The notes under the pieces were generated by a model. That model was not told where the DNA came from and did not search any database. It saw nothing but the letters and a program-made list of their open reading frames with translations. A DNA stretch of 64,000 nt from positions 21,087,755 through 21,151,754 of the forward strand of contig CM119267.1 of NCBI GenBank assembly GCA_051294375.1, given 5' to 3'. Position 1 is the first letter of the stretch, and every line of letters begins with the position of its first letter. This DNA is from Paraspadella gotoi (Eukaryota; Animalia; Chaetognatha). The translations under genes and the position numbers were made by a program. Positions 12,329-24,636 of the stretch are shown here, in pieces.

Positions 12329-14470
12329 TCAGTTAAGATAAAAAACGGTCATATGCTTGACTCTCTCCCTGCAGACGTGACAATCTTTGAGCTTGGCCGC
12401 GCAAGACCTGCAAGCCGAGTGACCGCAATCGAAGACTACGCCCTTGGCTTTTTCTTCGCAAATGGCGCACTCCCTTTCGCGCTCCAACTGATTCTTTTCA
12501 CTGCTCACTTTTTCCTTTTCCTCGTTCAGCCGATCCTTCTCTCCGTTTAAGCGCGCCAAGTTCGCCCTCTCCGTCGCTACAGTGTGCTCCAGCTGATGCT
12601 TCATTTGACGGAGCGCTTGGAAAGCTGCTCGATCGTTTTCAATCCTTTGCTTCAGCGTCGCCGTCTCCAGCTGCAACTTCTCGTTCTGTCGTTTAGCCTC
12701 CTCGATCGCTCGATCCTGGTCGACGATCCTCTTGCGGAGGTCGTCGCTCTCCCGCGTTATATTCGCCGCCAGTAGCGTGCCCCTTTCGAAGGAGGCCTTG
12801 ACTTGGTCCCGCTCACGCCTCGCGGCTTCGGGCTGGTACTCGAGGTACTGGACATTTCCCTCGAGGTCCGTCTTCAGATTCATCAAGTTTTTAATTTCGT
12901 TCTTCTGATTTCTCACTTTATATTCGGCTTCTTTTCTCGAGCGAAAGAGACTCTTCATTCGATCGAAAACGCCGGCCTTTAAGGAATTGCAGAAATCAGA
13001 GATTTTGGTTTCGTCCATGAAGTCGTAGACGTCGTTGTAGACGTCGTTGTAGACGTTGTTGTTGACGTTGTAGACGTCGTCGGACTCATCGTCGTAATAA
13101 TAATCTGCACGAAAGTTTTTAAAAATCCTGATTAAAAATAAGTAAATCATCAAAGCGATGGTGACAATCCCTAGATAGCTTCAGGGTTATATAATAGGGT
13201 ATTTAAAAATAACAAAATATAACAAATCGAATAAAGTAAATAGCTAATTTAGTGTAATCGTCTGTAAAATTCGATGTTGATAACCATTTTTTTTGTATAG
13301 TTTCATCTTCTTTGTCGGAAATGGCAATTTTTGCAGCATATATGGTACTATTCAAATGGAACAAACGTTGTATAGTATAAAAAACTCAAATTATTAAAAT
13401 TTTTTAAAAGCTAAATTTAGTTTACATAATATGAAAATAAAGACCCATATAAATATTTGGGTAGGTTTATTTAAAAATTTTATATCTTATTAGCTAATTG
13501 TTAGCTATATTTTTTTATAATATTAATAAAAAATAAGCAAAAGTGAAAAAATGAAAAATTTTAAAATTTTCAAAACCGGATTTAAATTTCTTACAAAAAG
13601 TTGATATAAAAAAGTATAATCCATTTTAACAAATTCTTATATTAAATAGGTTAAAAATGTTAAAAACTTATTTTTATTTAATTTTTCAATTTTTGGCTTA
13701 AAATTATAGTTTTTCTGAATTATAACTAACTTAATGACATAATTTTGGAATAAAAATTATATTTTCTTAGATCAACTTTTTGCAAGGAATGTAATCAGGA
13801 ATAAAATTTTGAAATTATTAACTTTAACATAATTTTTACTTATAATTATAATAAATATAGTTAACTAACTTTTGATAAAATATAAAATTTAAAAATAAAC
13901 TTAACAAAATTTTATAAAATTGTAATAATTAATTTATCATAACTTATTTTTTATAACAATTTTATATACATTAAAAATCGTCATTTTCGACAAGAAAGAT
14001 AAAATTATACAAAAAAATGGTCATCACCATCGAATTCTACAGATTTGTTTACACTAAAATAGCTATGTTATATTTTTTTTATTTTTAAACGCCTTATTAT
14101 GAAATTGGTACAACCAATATAAAAATTATCCATTCATTTAATAAATAAGCTATCTTGCCCCTGACTTTGGACAGGCTTTGGTGGTTTAAGGCCTCCATCA
14201 CTCTTACAAGATAATTACATAGCAGGTCCCTGCAAGCTTTCAATCAAGACTCTCACAGTCCCGTTTATTCACTCCCAGAGTACCTGGCTTCCCTATCAAT
14301 GAAGTGGAAAATATTTCAAAGAATGTTTCAATTGTATGAAAAGACCAGCTACCTTAAGTTTTAGATCGGGGAATACTTATTGTACTCCGCACACGCATCA
14401 AAGACACAAATTTCTAGTAATAAGTTTTACCTTGACGTGATCGCTTTGTCCAGCGTAAATAGTAAGCCAT
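12329..14470 (-). CDS. Coiled-coil + C-terminal RING-HC protein, shorter paralogue of the 7813-10256 gene
   Basis: Main exon 12329-13104 ending CAICEEKAKGVVFDCGHSACRSCAAKLKDCHVCRERVKHMTVFYLN. Candidate first exon 14431-14470 (MAYYLRWTKRSRQ) splices in phase 1, as in the paralogue; the first exon is less certain. Confidence 0.8.
13191..14100. mobile_element. About 0.9 kb AT-rich foldback/MITE-like element (long imperfect inverted repeat)
   Basis: Ends ataatagggtatttaaaaata... / ...tttttaaacgccttattat; 13238-13330 matches the reverse complement of 13973-14066, and inner blocks (13445-13530 vs 13830-13915; 13575-13635 vs 13740-13800) also pair. Confidence 0.75.
14098..14359. repeat. Dispersed repeat family A, copy 2
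   Basis: Near-identical to 903-1164. Confidence 0.85.
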
Positions 14471-17400
14471 TATTTTCCTCTTTTACGGTAAATTCTCTCA
14501 CGAGATGGAAAGTGAATGTGAGTTTATTGATGTTGCGAAATCTTAAGAAATGATTCGTAAAAAATGAAAACGGAGTTTCCCTCTACTGGACGATATGTGA
14601 TTCTCGTTGAAGTCGGTGTTTGGGATGATTACGACGCCGACGACGATGACGACGACGACGACGAGATCGGAGAGGCAACTTGGACTTTGACTTTGCCTTC
14701 CCCCCCTCTTCCTTTGTCATATTCCTCCTCTTTCTTCTCCTAAATCAAAGTCATTTCCTTAACAGTTTGTATGTTGGACAATAACAATGACAAGAGAAAC
14801 CAGTGATTGCGCCAATACATGTAAATCGCTTTTAGAGTTACTTGTAAACTGTTTTGTCGGATTTTACCTATTTACAAGATAATAAATTATAGCTAAACCA
14901 TGCGAGTTTTGATCAACACTCTTTAAAAGTCTAGTTTATTTGATTGTTATTGTTATTGTTATAAGCATAATTCAGATATCAATTATGAATTAAAATAAAC
15001 TGAATTTAAATGAAAATATTTAAATTTTTAAAGATGTAAAATAATAAAAAATTAAAGAAATAATTTTTATCTTGCTGAAGGGGAGATAAAGTTTATTTTG
15101 AATTTTCTTGTCTTAGAAATAGCCTCATTGTTAGTGGAACCCTCTAGTAGAAACATAAAATAAATATTTAAATAAAAATAAAAGAATAAAAATAAAAAGA
15201 ATAAGACCCCTGGTGGATGTATTTAAACGAAATTTGTTTGCTTTTTTGTTTTCCAAAATAATCCCTCGTTGGTAAAGCCATCTGGTTTATTAAGACTAAA
15301 AGAGGCAAAAATTTGCTATTTTGTGGAAAGCAATGCACGGGAAAAACTGGTGCAGACAGAAGAGCAAATTTATATAGAAAATAAATGGAAATTGCTTATA
15401 GTAGAGCAAGTAAGAGAAAACAAATCCTGGTAATACTATACTAGGAGGGAAAAAGTTATATATGCGGAAAAAAAATTGTAAGGGGGTAAGTTGCTAAAGC
15501 GATTTACAATAACAAAAACAATAACCAACTACGACAGCAACATTAGTGTGCCACGCAACCCAAACATTTTTTATATATATGGCGCCGTCCCGTTTTTTTA
15601 GTGTTTTTTTTTTAGTTTTGTTTCTTTGCCAAAACTTTTTTTATTTTCCTTATTTTCGTCCGACTCCGAGACTTTAGACTAGTCAAAGAATAATTTTTTA
15701 AGACTTAATCATTAACATTTTAGGAGATAAAATATTTATGCTATTTTTTTCTCTCTCTCCATGATGAAGATTAACGTCACAGTTAACTTTCCCTCTAGTT
15801 ATCTCCAAAATCAAAAGATTATCAAATAATCATTGTTTTCATACAACCTTGGTCAAGGTGGACAATCTTCACAAGACAGGCGGGAGTACCCTCACAAGTT
15901 TTTTCCCTATCGAGACATTTGGCGAAAAACAATTATGATTTGTTTTTTTTTTTCAACGAATTGTATTAGACAATGCTATCGAGACAATAAATCACGTTCT
16001 CTCATTCTCGACTAAAAAGAATTTCGTTCACCTCTCGAAATCCCGTTTTTAAACGGGGAAAATTTGAGATGTATCGCTGTAGGTTTTAATGTTTTTTCTT
16101 TCTTTCTACAAATCTAAACTAACTTAAACAAATCTCATTATCGAGATGCATATTTCTCGTGACGCATCGGAATCGTATCGTGATTTGTAAGTCGTTTTAA
16201 AGCTTTACGAATGGTCTTTGGGGGTAGATTTAAAAGATTTATGAAAAAAGAAAAGGATTTCTATTTTCAAAAAAAAAAAGGTTATAAGAACTGATATAAA
16301 TTATTCACACATGGTAGATACATAATTAACAGATTAATATTTTTAAAAAAGCGAGAGTGAAATCAAAGCGCCCTTTACACAATTAAACAACACAATAAAT
16401 ATTTTTTTAAAGAAAAAGTCTTTTATTTTCGTCAATAATAAGCAACTCTTTCCCCAAAAAAGTCTTTTCTTCTTTAAAGGGATTCCAGGAGGTAAGTCTT
16501 CGTCGTTTGCCACTTTCCTCTGGGAACAAAACTCTGAATTCTTCGCTCGAATTTTAATTCTATTTTCGTTCCTTTGTTTTTGTCGACGAGGAAGAGTTTG
16601 CAGTCGCGCCCGAGTCCTTGAGAAAAGAGGGAGAGGGAGTGCATGAGAGAGAGCCGATCAGTGAAACAAATATTGAGGTAGGGGTGCTGAATAGAGAATG
16701 AGACAGGCTGAGTTTGTGAAGAGAGAAGAGATGCAAGTAGAGAAGGAAAAAAAGATTTTCAGTTTTAAATGCCAACATCTTCACAGTCTTTAAAAGTTTT
16801 ATCACATCTCATTTCTCAGATAAATTTTTTGGCAAAAAATAATTAAGATTTTAAGAATATTAAGCTTTTCATTGCAATTATGGTACTTAGTTTATTCATA
16901 ACTCATTGAGAACCAACATGAAACTTCCTCATGCAACTTTTTTTAAATTAATATTTTTCCGACTAACTTGTGCTGGCGTTTTTGAAAGAGTATTTTTTAA
17001 ATTAAAATTAAATGTGAGGGCGAGATAAGCGAGAGACGGGGCAACCGGTGAAAAAAAAACATGCTTCATCTCAAAAGGATAAAGAAGAAAGAAAGGTTTT
17101 CACCAACTGTATAAAGTTTCTTTCTTATTATCATTTTATTCGAACTTGGCGAAATTGTTTATGTCGCAGATTAATTTGAGAATCATTTTTAATTGAGATT
17201 GCAAAAATGAATGTCTAAATATTACAAGTGGTCATAGTATTTACCATTTGTAATAGCATAAAAATTAATAGTTAAAATGAATTAAATTCTACTTTTTTAA
17301 TATCGTTCTCCCTTATTTTCCCACCAATTCCATCCTAACTTACCCTGAAATCTCTGCCTGAGGCTGGTAAGTTCGATCAACCCGTCGTCGTTGATAGGAA

Positions 17401-18594
17401 TTCTCTTCGTCGCCTCTCCCTCCCCGCTTTCGTTGTTCTTCCATCGAACTTTGACTTTAGATTAAAAGTTGAGAATTTGAAATATTTGGCTCTCTTTTCC
17501 GAGAGTGCCCCATTTCTGTCTGTTTGTCTCAGAATTTAATTTTAACCTTAATATTGTGAATAAGGCGGTAAATGGGCTGAAGAGTGCAACTTCCTTAACC
17601 ACTCTAGCAGCCATGGAACGGGTCCTGGACTGGAACCAGACTTGCGGGTTTTCCACGCCCCCAAGGCGGTTTTAATCACACACGGATTATTTGACATGAC
17701 CAGCAATAATAACCAATTAAGAGATGAGATGATTTTCCCCTTAACAACGATACTCGTTCAAACTTTACTTTTATGGCTAATTTGAATCAACAGCCGAAAA
17801 TCTACAGATTAAGAGCTCAAAAATGGTCTACAGAAAAAATATCTATACCATAAAATTGTTTTCATTCTTAAAAAGATGACGCAAGTTTCGGCCAGATGAC
17901 ACTTATACCTTATTAGGGCCCAACATCATGAAAAAGCATTAATTATCCTCATAATTCTAATCATAATTTAAAATTACTTATTTAAATAACCCGCTTTTCC
18001 CTCTTCTTACTGTATTCGTTGTCTTCGTCTCCTTTGAAGACGATTTTGCAATTATCGTCCGAGTCGCTGCTAGAATCTTTGTTATGGTTCGAAGTCGCCA
18101 TTGTTTTCAATTTCTTGTTTGTAAACAAACCTCGAGCCCACAGTTCTCTTACTCTTCCTTCTCCTCTACTCCTCATCACCCTCGGATGCTGTTAGGGGCG
18201 TTCAGAAAAAAAAACTAGCTGTTTTTAAGCTGACTGTTTAAAATATTCTTTTTAAACTGTTTTTCTCTTTACAAATAGAATGTATATTATTGAAGACGCA
18301 GTAAATATGGTTTAAATAACGATAAAACTATACAGCATTATTAGTAAAGCTTTATAAAAAGTTAAAGCTACTTTATACAAGAAAAAATATCAAATTTTGC
18401 TCACTTGTATAATTTTTAAATTACAAAATTGTAAAAATAATTCCTTCACTCTACGTAACTTTCTTTCTTTCCTACCAAATTGCTATGTACTTATAAAACA
18501 TACACTGCATTATTGTTACCATTGTCCATAATACATACAATTATACAATACACTCTTTCCTTTATATTCCTTTTCTAAAAAATAAACCTTCCGC

Positions 18595-20317
18595 TCACCC
18601 TTCCTTTTCCCACTTCTCCTTCGGCAGAGTCGGTCTCATCCACCTAAACATCCACCTCTCCCCTCTTCCTCCTTTCCTCCCCTCTCTTCCTCCTTTCCTC
18701 CCTTCTCTTCCTCCCTTCCTCCCTTTTTCCTCCATCGCGTCGCTCTTCTCAAAGTCGACCATCCCCGCGTAGACGGTCATGATCTTGTTGGCCACCAGTT
18801 TGTCCACGTTGCCTGAGTCAAATATAAGCATTGAGAAATAGATAGAAAGATAGATAAATATTTGATCGATGGATAGATATTTGCTTTATAGATAGATATT
18901 TAGATAGATATCTTAAAGTTTTATAAATATTAATAAGAGATATATTGATATATATTGATATCCATGTCGGTGAGGTTAAAAAATGTTTAAACAAGAACGC
19001 AGTAACTTTATTTTCACGTGTATTTCTCTTTGATGACATGATATGACATGACATGACATGACTAAAAATCTTTTTTACCCATGTATTTATGACATGCTTT
19101 GCATAAAAGTTCTGTCTTTTATTCTTTAGTTTTGGGAATTCCTGAAGGCGGCGCTAGCAGTCTCTTAGATTAGAGGTTTTTTCTGTCTAAACAAATGAGC
19201 AACCAACTATAGGCAAATTACATGCATTTTCAACGTAAGTGGGACAGACCTTCGGACAGACATACCGAAAAGTGACTAATAGAGTTGTTCCGCTAGTACT
19301 CGCGGCGCAAGTAAAAAAGTATCAAAAGTATAAAAAAAACTAGAGATTAAACATTCTCAAAATCACAATGATCAAATTACTTTGTAATAACTTGTAAAAT
19401 AGCAAAAAAGCACCCGCCCCTACTTCACTTACCCAACAACAAAGCGAAGGTAAGTCTCACGTCGTCCACTTGACGAGAGACGAGACGAGTTTCGGCGCGA
19501 AGTTCCTCGCAATCTTCTCCTTCCTCCTTTTCCTTTTTTTCTTTCCTCCCTTCCTCCCCTTCCTCTTCTTCCTCCAGTTTGACTTCCGCGGTGAACATGT
19601 GCTTGACGAACCGATCGAACTGGTAGCGTCCCTTCTTGGGAACCATGCGACGGGCGCGTTTGAGATCCTGGCGATAAATAGGTACAAATGAGTTCATGAA
19701 AATTAATTTATTGAAAGAAAAAAAAAGAAGAAAAAACAATGTTGAATTTAGAACTATTAACTAATAAACTTAAAACTTTAAATGTACTTTAAATGTATGC
19801 AAATGAACATAATGAATTTTAAAATAGTTTAAAATTTTTTTTTAATTGGAGCAGTGAATTATTTTTTCAGAATTTTTATTTAAACAAACTTGTTTCATCA
19901 TTTTTGTTCACTACAAGCAATCCAGTTTCTTCTTAACTTTGCAGGGCCAACGTAGGCGTAGGCGACGACCTCAATCCTCTTATGTATAAAAATAAAATAA
20001 CCAAACTTTTTTAACAACAATCTTATTTAATGACAATCAAACGTTTAAAAAAATACCAACAAAATAATAACGCACCCTGTAAAACCCGTTCCTCCAGTAA
20101 CTCGCGTACAACGACGCCGAAACGATCGGCAGCGCCGCAGTGAGGAGAGCGTCGACGCCCCAAACGACGCCGACGACGCCGTTGAAGGGAAAGACGCAGT
20201 CGACGGCGTCGACGCCGACGAGCGATTCCAGACGAGACGATGAGGGCAGGAGAGTTCAGATGGAAAGGGAAGGAGAGGGTGAATACGAGAGGAGGATGAG
20301 GAGCTGTTGGGGTGGAG

Positions 20318-20358
<41 letters not shown>

Positions 20359-22204
20359 GAGAAGAGAGTGAGGGAGAAAAAAGATACAGAAATAAGTCTT
20401 CCGAAATAGTCGTACTACATCACGTAACTTCCCCTCTAAAAATCTGCAACTACATCACTTCGAACCTGCAAGACGACGACGACGCCCTTGAGGAAGACGT
20501 TGCAGAGATGGTAGGCGTCGACGAGTTGGAATCCCTCCACGCCTTTGAGTCGATGTGTGACGAAGAGAGAGGCTTTGGCGTGGAGGCGTTTCTTGAGGGA
20601 TGTTATGAGACTGTTGATTGAGAGAAGGGAGAGATATAGGACAGGAAATGTCTCTGTCTCTGTCTCTCTGTCTCTCTCTCTCTCTCAATCGAACTCTTCT
20701 CAATGTGGAGACCTCAACCGACGCCGATATTATATTATATATATCACATTTATAAATATACTATGTATTCTTATCATTCACTGATGTTTCTATTGATATA
20801 ACCTCTATGCACATTGCACAATATAAACCGAATTGACATGTGAGACATACGTATCTGCGACATATCTCCTCTTTGTATACATAAGATAAAGCAAACCGGC
20901 AAAAGATTTTGGGGAAGAGAGGATGTGATAATTTAAATTTTTTAGAAGAGGCTTAGTACGTATATTGAACACAAGAGCCGTGACGTAACTGACAACGAAG
21001 ACGTCAATTAGGACGGGAACAGTGTATAATAATAACAAACGTAATCAAACGTAATCATGTTTACATTATCCCCAATGATCCGGTCGACAACAACAACAAC
21101 AACCTCTTGGCGTAATTCTCCTCGTCGTCGGAAACGTCGCTGTCGTCGTCGTCGTCTCTTCCGTCGCTCCTCCCCTTCCGCTCCTCGAAAGTCCCGCCGG
21201 TGAGGAGCGCCATGTCGCGAGCCTCGTTGAGGAGCGGCAAGACGGTGGAGCGACACTTGGTGGAGTAGACGAGGTAAGGAAGGTAAGCGAGGAGAGCCTC
21301 GAGGGCGAGGGAGTAAGGGAGGAAGGAGAAGAGGTAAGGGCGAGGTTGGGGAGGAGAGGAGGAAGAGGAGGAGGAGTTGGAGAGAGGGAGGAAGAGGTTG
21401 GTGGAGAAACAGAAGAGGTTGATGTAGTTGGCCGTCAGTTCTTCCGTCATTTCAGTTTCGCCTCCGTAGCCTTTGGGTCCTGGGTAAGGAAAAAACTTAA
21501 AGTAATTAAAATTTAAAAAAAGTTAAAACTTAAATACTTTTAAAAATAGATAATATATTCATCCTCCAGTTAATTTTAATCATGATTAAATCCTTTGCTT
21601 TATATACAACGACGTAACGAATTCCTTCAAAGTGTTTTTTTTTCTACGTGCATTAACCAAATTTTACATCAAAATCTAAACCTTCCCTTTTTATATAAAT
21701 ATAAAAGTCTAAACATTTATTTATAACGGAATTCAAGACTTTTCATTCGTGGCCGATCCACGCGACGATAAATTTATTTCTTTTCATATGAGGTTGTCAT
21801 TAGAATTCTTAATCGAGAGTAAATCATCCCGATGTAATAAATCAACCTCGTCCCGATTTCCTGACTTAGATTTTAAGACCACGTGGATATTCGATCGTAA
21901 ATTTAAACTTCTGTCGAGTATTAAACTAAAACCGAAGCATCTTCCCAAAATTAAGTCGGACAACACTCCATCTGCCGGCCAAAAAATCCATTTTCCCTAA
22001 AGGAGCCCCCCACCCATATTTTCCCTCACCGGGTAAGTAACAGGTCTTGGGGTAACCGAAGGAGATCCCCACCAAAACGGCGGAGAACAGCAGCCGGAGG
22101 TAGACCCCGATCTTCCTGAAGACGCGATCCGCGGGGAAATCGATCTCCAACTCTTCGCCGCCGACGGCGTTGAAGAAGCCTTCCACCGAAGACAAGAACG
22201 CCAT
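18595..22204 (-). CDS. Highly divergent innexin/pannexin-family protein with one in-frame TGA (recoded, null allele or pseudogene)
   Basis: Phase-compatible exons 22030-22204, 21104-21479, 20466-20610, 20076-20303, 19433-19667, 18595-18812. Four hydrophobic segments and innexin-like motifs: ADRV..TM1..GYPKTCYLP; NYINLFCFSTN; YLFSFLPYSLALEALLAYLPY (cf. YYQWVP..L..QA..FY.P); DCVFPFN (cf. QCVLP.N); FDRFVKHMF. TGA at 20258-20256. The last exon/stop is uncertain. Confidence 0.7.
19236..19318. repeat. Short HINE/DINE-1-like (Helentron-related) repeat fragment with GACR-type simple repeats
   Basis: aagtgggac..ccgaaaagtgact.atagagttg.tccgc.agtact shared with 30385-30448; related inverted copies at 46834-46904 and 48504-48571. 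Confidence 0.5.
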
Positions 22205-23306
22205 CGCGGCTTTGGAATTAGATGGGCGCGACGAGTCTTTAGGGGGAACGCGCCGCGTCTGCTTACTTTTTCGGCCGGAAAAGGACCGTTTAAATTGGTG
22301 AGAATCGCTTCTCTAGATTAATTGTAGTACTTATAAATACGGTCGTAAAATAACTCCTGTATTTCACTTCCTGTCTTGTTTAAATAACTATCTTTGGTAA
22401 AGCCTAAACAAAAATACAGTCTCGGTTGTCTGCTAAGTGTTAATGTTGTCCGGACTCCTATTGGCAGATGTGTAAGATGAAGGAAGGGAAAGTCCCGATG
22501 TATTGGAGTTTTTTTAATAGCCATTATGTCATATATATATTTTAACTTTAAATAACATAATTATCAATTAAATTACATAATTTTAATTCTAAATACTCGG
22601 CATTACTAACTTGCTATTACTAATTTTCTGATTTAAATGACAATGAAATAATATTAACAATATATTTTTTTTAATTTTACCACCAACCAAATAATTTTAT
22701 TACTTTCAAAATTACAAAATTACTAAATTTATCCAGATTTTAATAAACAAATGTAATAAGTAATCAAATAATTTACTTTTATCTTATAAAAGTAGCTAAT
22801 TTAAGCAGTTTCAAAATAATTTTGACATTGTCCCTCAACCGATCACGTGGCAGCTTTGCACGCGCGCATCATGCCACTTCCGGAAGTTTCCGCCATCGGT
22901 GCCTCAACGGTGCAGGATTGTCGCTGAAATACGCAAGGCGGCCTCTTGCAAAAATACGCTACGCTCGATCAGGGCCGTACTGGAGGAAAAGCGAAGAGAA
23001 GAACGCCGGCCTTCTCCGCCAATGGAATCAAAAGGCGTTACTATTTAAAACCTAGATTAAGTTTTAAAAAATGTTCAATATGAAAGCCTTGATTTAACCA
23101 AACAAAATTTTTAAATAACTAAGGGTAGGGGGAGACTAACTCAGTAAGGTGGTTAAGAAATTGCATTAAGCACCTGCTCAAACGAAAATTTAGACATTTT
23201 TTAAAAAATTCTTTTTTTACCTAAAAGTAGACTTCAAGAATAAAGTTTTGAACCCCCGCCCCTATTGAATTTAATTTCATAGTAGATTTCTACTAAGGGG
23301 TTTTAA

Positions 23307-23358
23307 TTTAAAAAGACAAGTTTCGGCTTTACAATGCAAGCCTTCTTCAGTTGTAAAA
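23307..23358 (-). ncRNA. Degenerate minimal type I hammerhead ribozyme motif
   Basis: Minus strand ACAA-CUGAAGA-A-GGCUU GCAUUGUA AAGCC-GAAAC-UU-GUC^UUUUU: core and 5-bp stem II intact, stem I mismatched; ATTAAA follows. Confidence 0.5.
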
Positions 23359-24603
23359 AGACTTAGTCTTTATTTTCGAAACGAGAAAGAATTTTCGCAA
23401 TATTCAAATTTAAATTACAAGTTGCTTTCCTAATTATTTCTATTCCTAATTAAAAATTATTTACGAATTCAAAACAATCAATTTAAATACTTTTCGCCAA
23501 AAATTGATTTAAGCTAAGCTAACAGGTTTCATGCTACCAATTTGATATTCATAATAATGAACCTAATCAGATTTATTCGCTCGAATGTCTACGTCCGTTT
23601 CTACAGCTATTTCCTAATGCTGTTTCGCGTTGATCATTTGTTGATTTTGGTCGAATTCTCGTCGAATGACTCGAGCGACATCAGCGAACGATTCTCCCAC
23701 CGATCTAAAACCGAAAACCCGAAAGAAACAACCGGAAAAAAAACCGAACAAAAGGCAACGAAATGAATTTTCGTTGTGAAGTGGTTTTCGGGTTGTTTGT
23801 TTTCTTCCGGATTTTGCGGTAAGAAATTTTGGACCGGTGTAAGAATCATCCGGCAAAGGCGCCGAGAAAGGTTACGATATTGAGACGGAGAGCCGGATGG
23901 AGAGCGGGACAGAGAGAGATCGAGACAGACGAATTGGTAAGTGATAGATTTAGTGAGATTTATTTTTAAGCATTATAAGTTGTATAAGTTTTATTAATAA
24001 ACGTTTAAAGATCCTAAAACAGAAAATAGCGATACTAAAATTTGGTTTGCGGAAAAATGTAGCATAATAAGATCTGCCTAACCGATTCCTAATTTAATCC
24101 CATTATTTACCTTAACAGAGCCTATGTGATAATTCCCTTGTAAAGCCCGCAAATCCAGGATTTGGCCTTTACAATTTACATCAACAAATAACTGCAAACC
24201 AAACTTAGCAAATCCCGCGAACGGGACAAGCGAAGGCAATAAGGAATAAAGAAAAAAGCTAAAAAAAATTATATGTGGAGTAAGAAAGACAACAAAAAAG
24301 GCAAAAATGTCTTCGAAACGATTAAAAAATTTTTATTTAATCGAAAAGAAAATTATAATTCGAAAGTCGAATTTTTTTTCAAATTTTTTTTACGATTTCG
24401 AAGAGTCGACAAAAAATTTCCGAGTCCCGTTTCTTTTCGGAAGAAAGTGAAGAAATGTACGCAAAGGGACGTAGAACGATAGAGAGAGAGAGAGAGAGAC
24501 TCTGAATGATATTCTCTCTCTCTGGAAGATCGAAAGCGAATCTGATTTTAAACTCCAAATCTGACTTCGCAGGTAAACTTTGTCGGTGAATGGGGCGACG
24601 ATA

Positions 24604-24636
<33 letters not shown>

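Noticed and set aside
17875-17932. Possible fourth hammerhead or SECIS (minus strand catgatgttgggcc...ggccgaaacttgcgtc)
   Set aside because: CUGANGA is not present and stem I does not form; as a SECIS it lacks the 3' GA quartet and a proper helix 2.
17982-18190. Short acidic ORF downstream of the innexin
   Set aside because: Does not splice in phase with the last innexin exon and shows no recognisable homology.
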